Origin: Paraspadella gotoi
Lineage: Eukaryota > Animalia > Chaetognatha
Reading direction: 5' to 3'
Assembly: GCA_051294375.1 (NCBI GenBank)
Contig: CM119265.1
Location: 17,488,018 to 17,552,017, forward strand
DNA length: 64,000 bases
The position numbers and the translations under genes are program-made. The notes beneath the pieces were generated by a model, which saw only the letters and a list, made by a program, of their open reading frames with translations, did no database searches and was not told the DNA's origin. Shown here in pieces: positions 62,846 through 64,000 of the stretch; the stretch's first letter is position 1; each line of letters starts with the position of its first letter.

Positions 62846-64000
62846 CACTTTTTTCTACCTCTTTCCACCTTGTGTCACAACCGCTTATTTCCCTCTCTAT
62901 CTTCACGTTTCATTTTTCTAGAAGTGCAAATCGTATTCTACCAACTGCTCCCTCTTTTTCTCTCCCCCTTTTCTCCTCTTCCCCATCTTCCCATTCCCAA
63001 TCCACCCTTTTTTTTTCCTTCCTTGCCCTATTCTTGACCCTTGGGGCCTTTGCCAGCCTCGAGTCAGAAGGCCCCTCATATGAAGGGCATATGAGAATGA
63101 AATTGCCTTTTGGCTTGAAAAAAAAATTGGAAAGGGCGGGGGAGGGGGAGAGAGATGAAGGCGGAGGGGAACGAAGGGTGAGGTAGTGAGAAGGCGGAGT
63201 GGGGCGAGGTGAGTGACTCGGCCAAAGATTAAATCCTAAGGACGTTTTGATGGATCCGAAGATCGGGGAGAGAGTAAGGGAGAGGAAGCGTCGAAGAGAG
63301 TCAAGTAAAAAAGGTTGGGCGAGATGGAGTGTGGAGAACAGGAAAAATAGAAAAGTCTTGGAGAAGGGGGGGGAAATGAGAAAAATACTTTTTCTTGCGG
63401 AACAAAGGAGATAATTTCACTTCCTGTAGAAAGAAAAAAATAAGATGAAAGGCTTTCACGAACTGAGGAAGGGAAAATGAGAGCGTTTCGCGAGTCAGCG
63501 AGTCGGCGTCTCGCTCGCGGCGTGAAAGAGGTACGGGCGGGCGAGCGATCCTCTCCTCTGACCGAAGGGGCGTGCCTTCGCGTCGGGGTCACCGAATCTC
63601 GGGCACGGGTCCCCCGTCGTGGGCGACCGGCGGGGCGGGACTGTGCGGGGCGGAGTCGAGGGCGGGTCGCCCTCGTGGCCCTAGGGGCCGCGTGAGTTTC
63701 TTTCCCCCGGAGATTTTAGTGGATGGAGTTCCCACGCGCGGGTTCCTTGATGGCGTCGTTGGTTTTGTAAATATTGGCCCCTTTGCGTCGGCGACGAACT
63801 ATAACTACTTATTTTAAGTCCAGGTAGTTTTTTGGGGGGGAGAAAGTCTAAGAAGTAACAAACCTTGTAGTATGTAAGCCTTTCAATCTGTGCAGAATAA
63901 TAGTAACGTGAATGAAACGAGTTAAATCTCTTTCTAAAGGGAGACTTCTAAAAAAAATTGACGTAATTTATGAAATTGGTACAACCAATATAAGCTTCTA

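Noticed and set aside
57146-64000. Hidden onecut CUT-domain exon or another gene
   Set aside because: No SIPQAxFAQRVLCRSQGTLSDLL-like motif or other recognisable coding sequence found; treated as intron.

Overview
Intron-rich, gene-dense animal genomic DNA (bilaterian invertebrate, possibly spiralian; taxon not determinable) with GC-rich exons, AT-rich introns and many (GA/CT)n tracts. In order: a 5'-truncated FAM214/Atos gene with an intronic Tc1 relic; an orphan 4-TM (MS4A/CD20-like) gene; ABHD2; TXNDC9; a non-alpha nAChR-like subunit with an anion-type M1-M2 motif and a 3' fold-back hairpin; a secreted two-domain F5/8C(discoidin)-like gene set head-to-head with the highlight of the window, an 11-exon ~1881-aa mosaic protein (signal peptide, 2 kringle, 2 F5/8C-like, active trypsin, LDLa, dead trypsin homolog, LDLa, 7 EGF, complete BPI/LBP module); then the 3' exons of onecut with CFAP276/C1orf194 nested antisense. 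The ~7 kb onecut/CFAP276 block appears three times, but copies 2 and 3 look like long-read gap-filling artefacts (25-N spacers, SMRTbell adapter remnant, homopolymer indels). Gene models were spliced by eye and family calls come from remembered motifs, not database searches.
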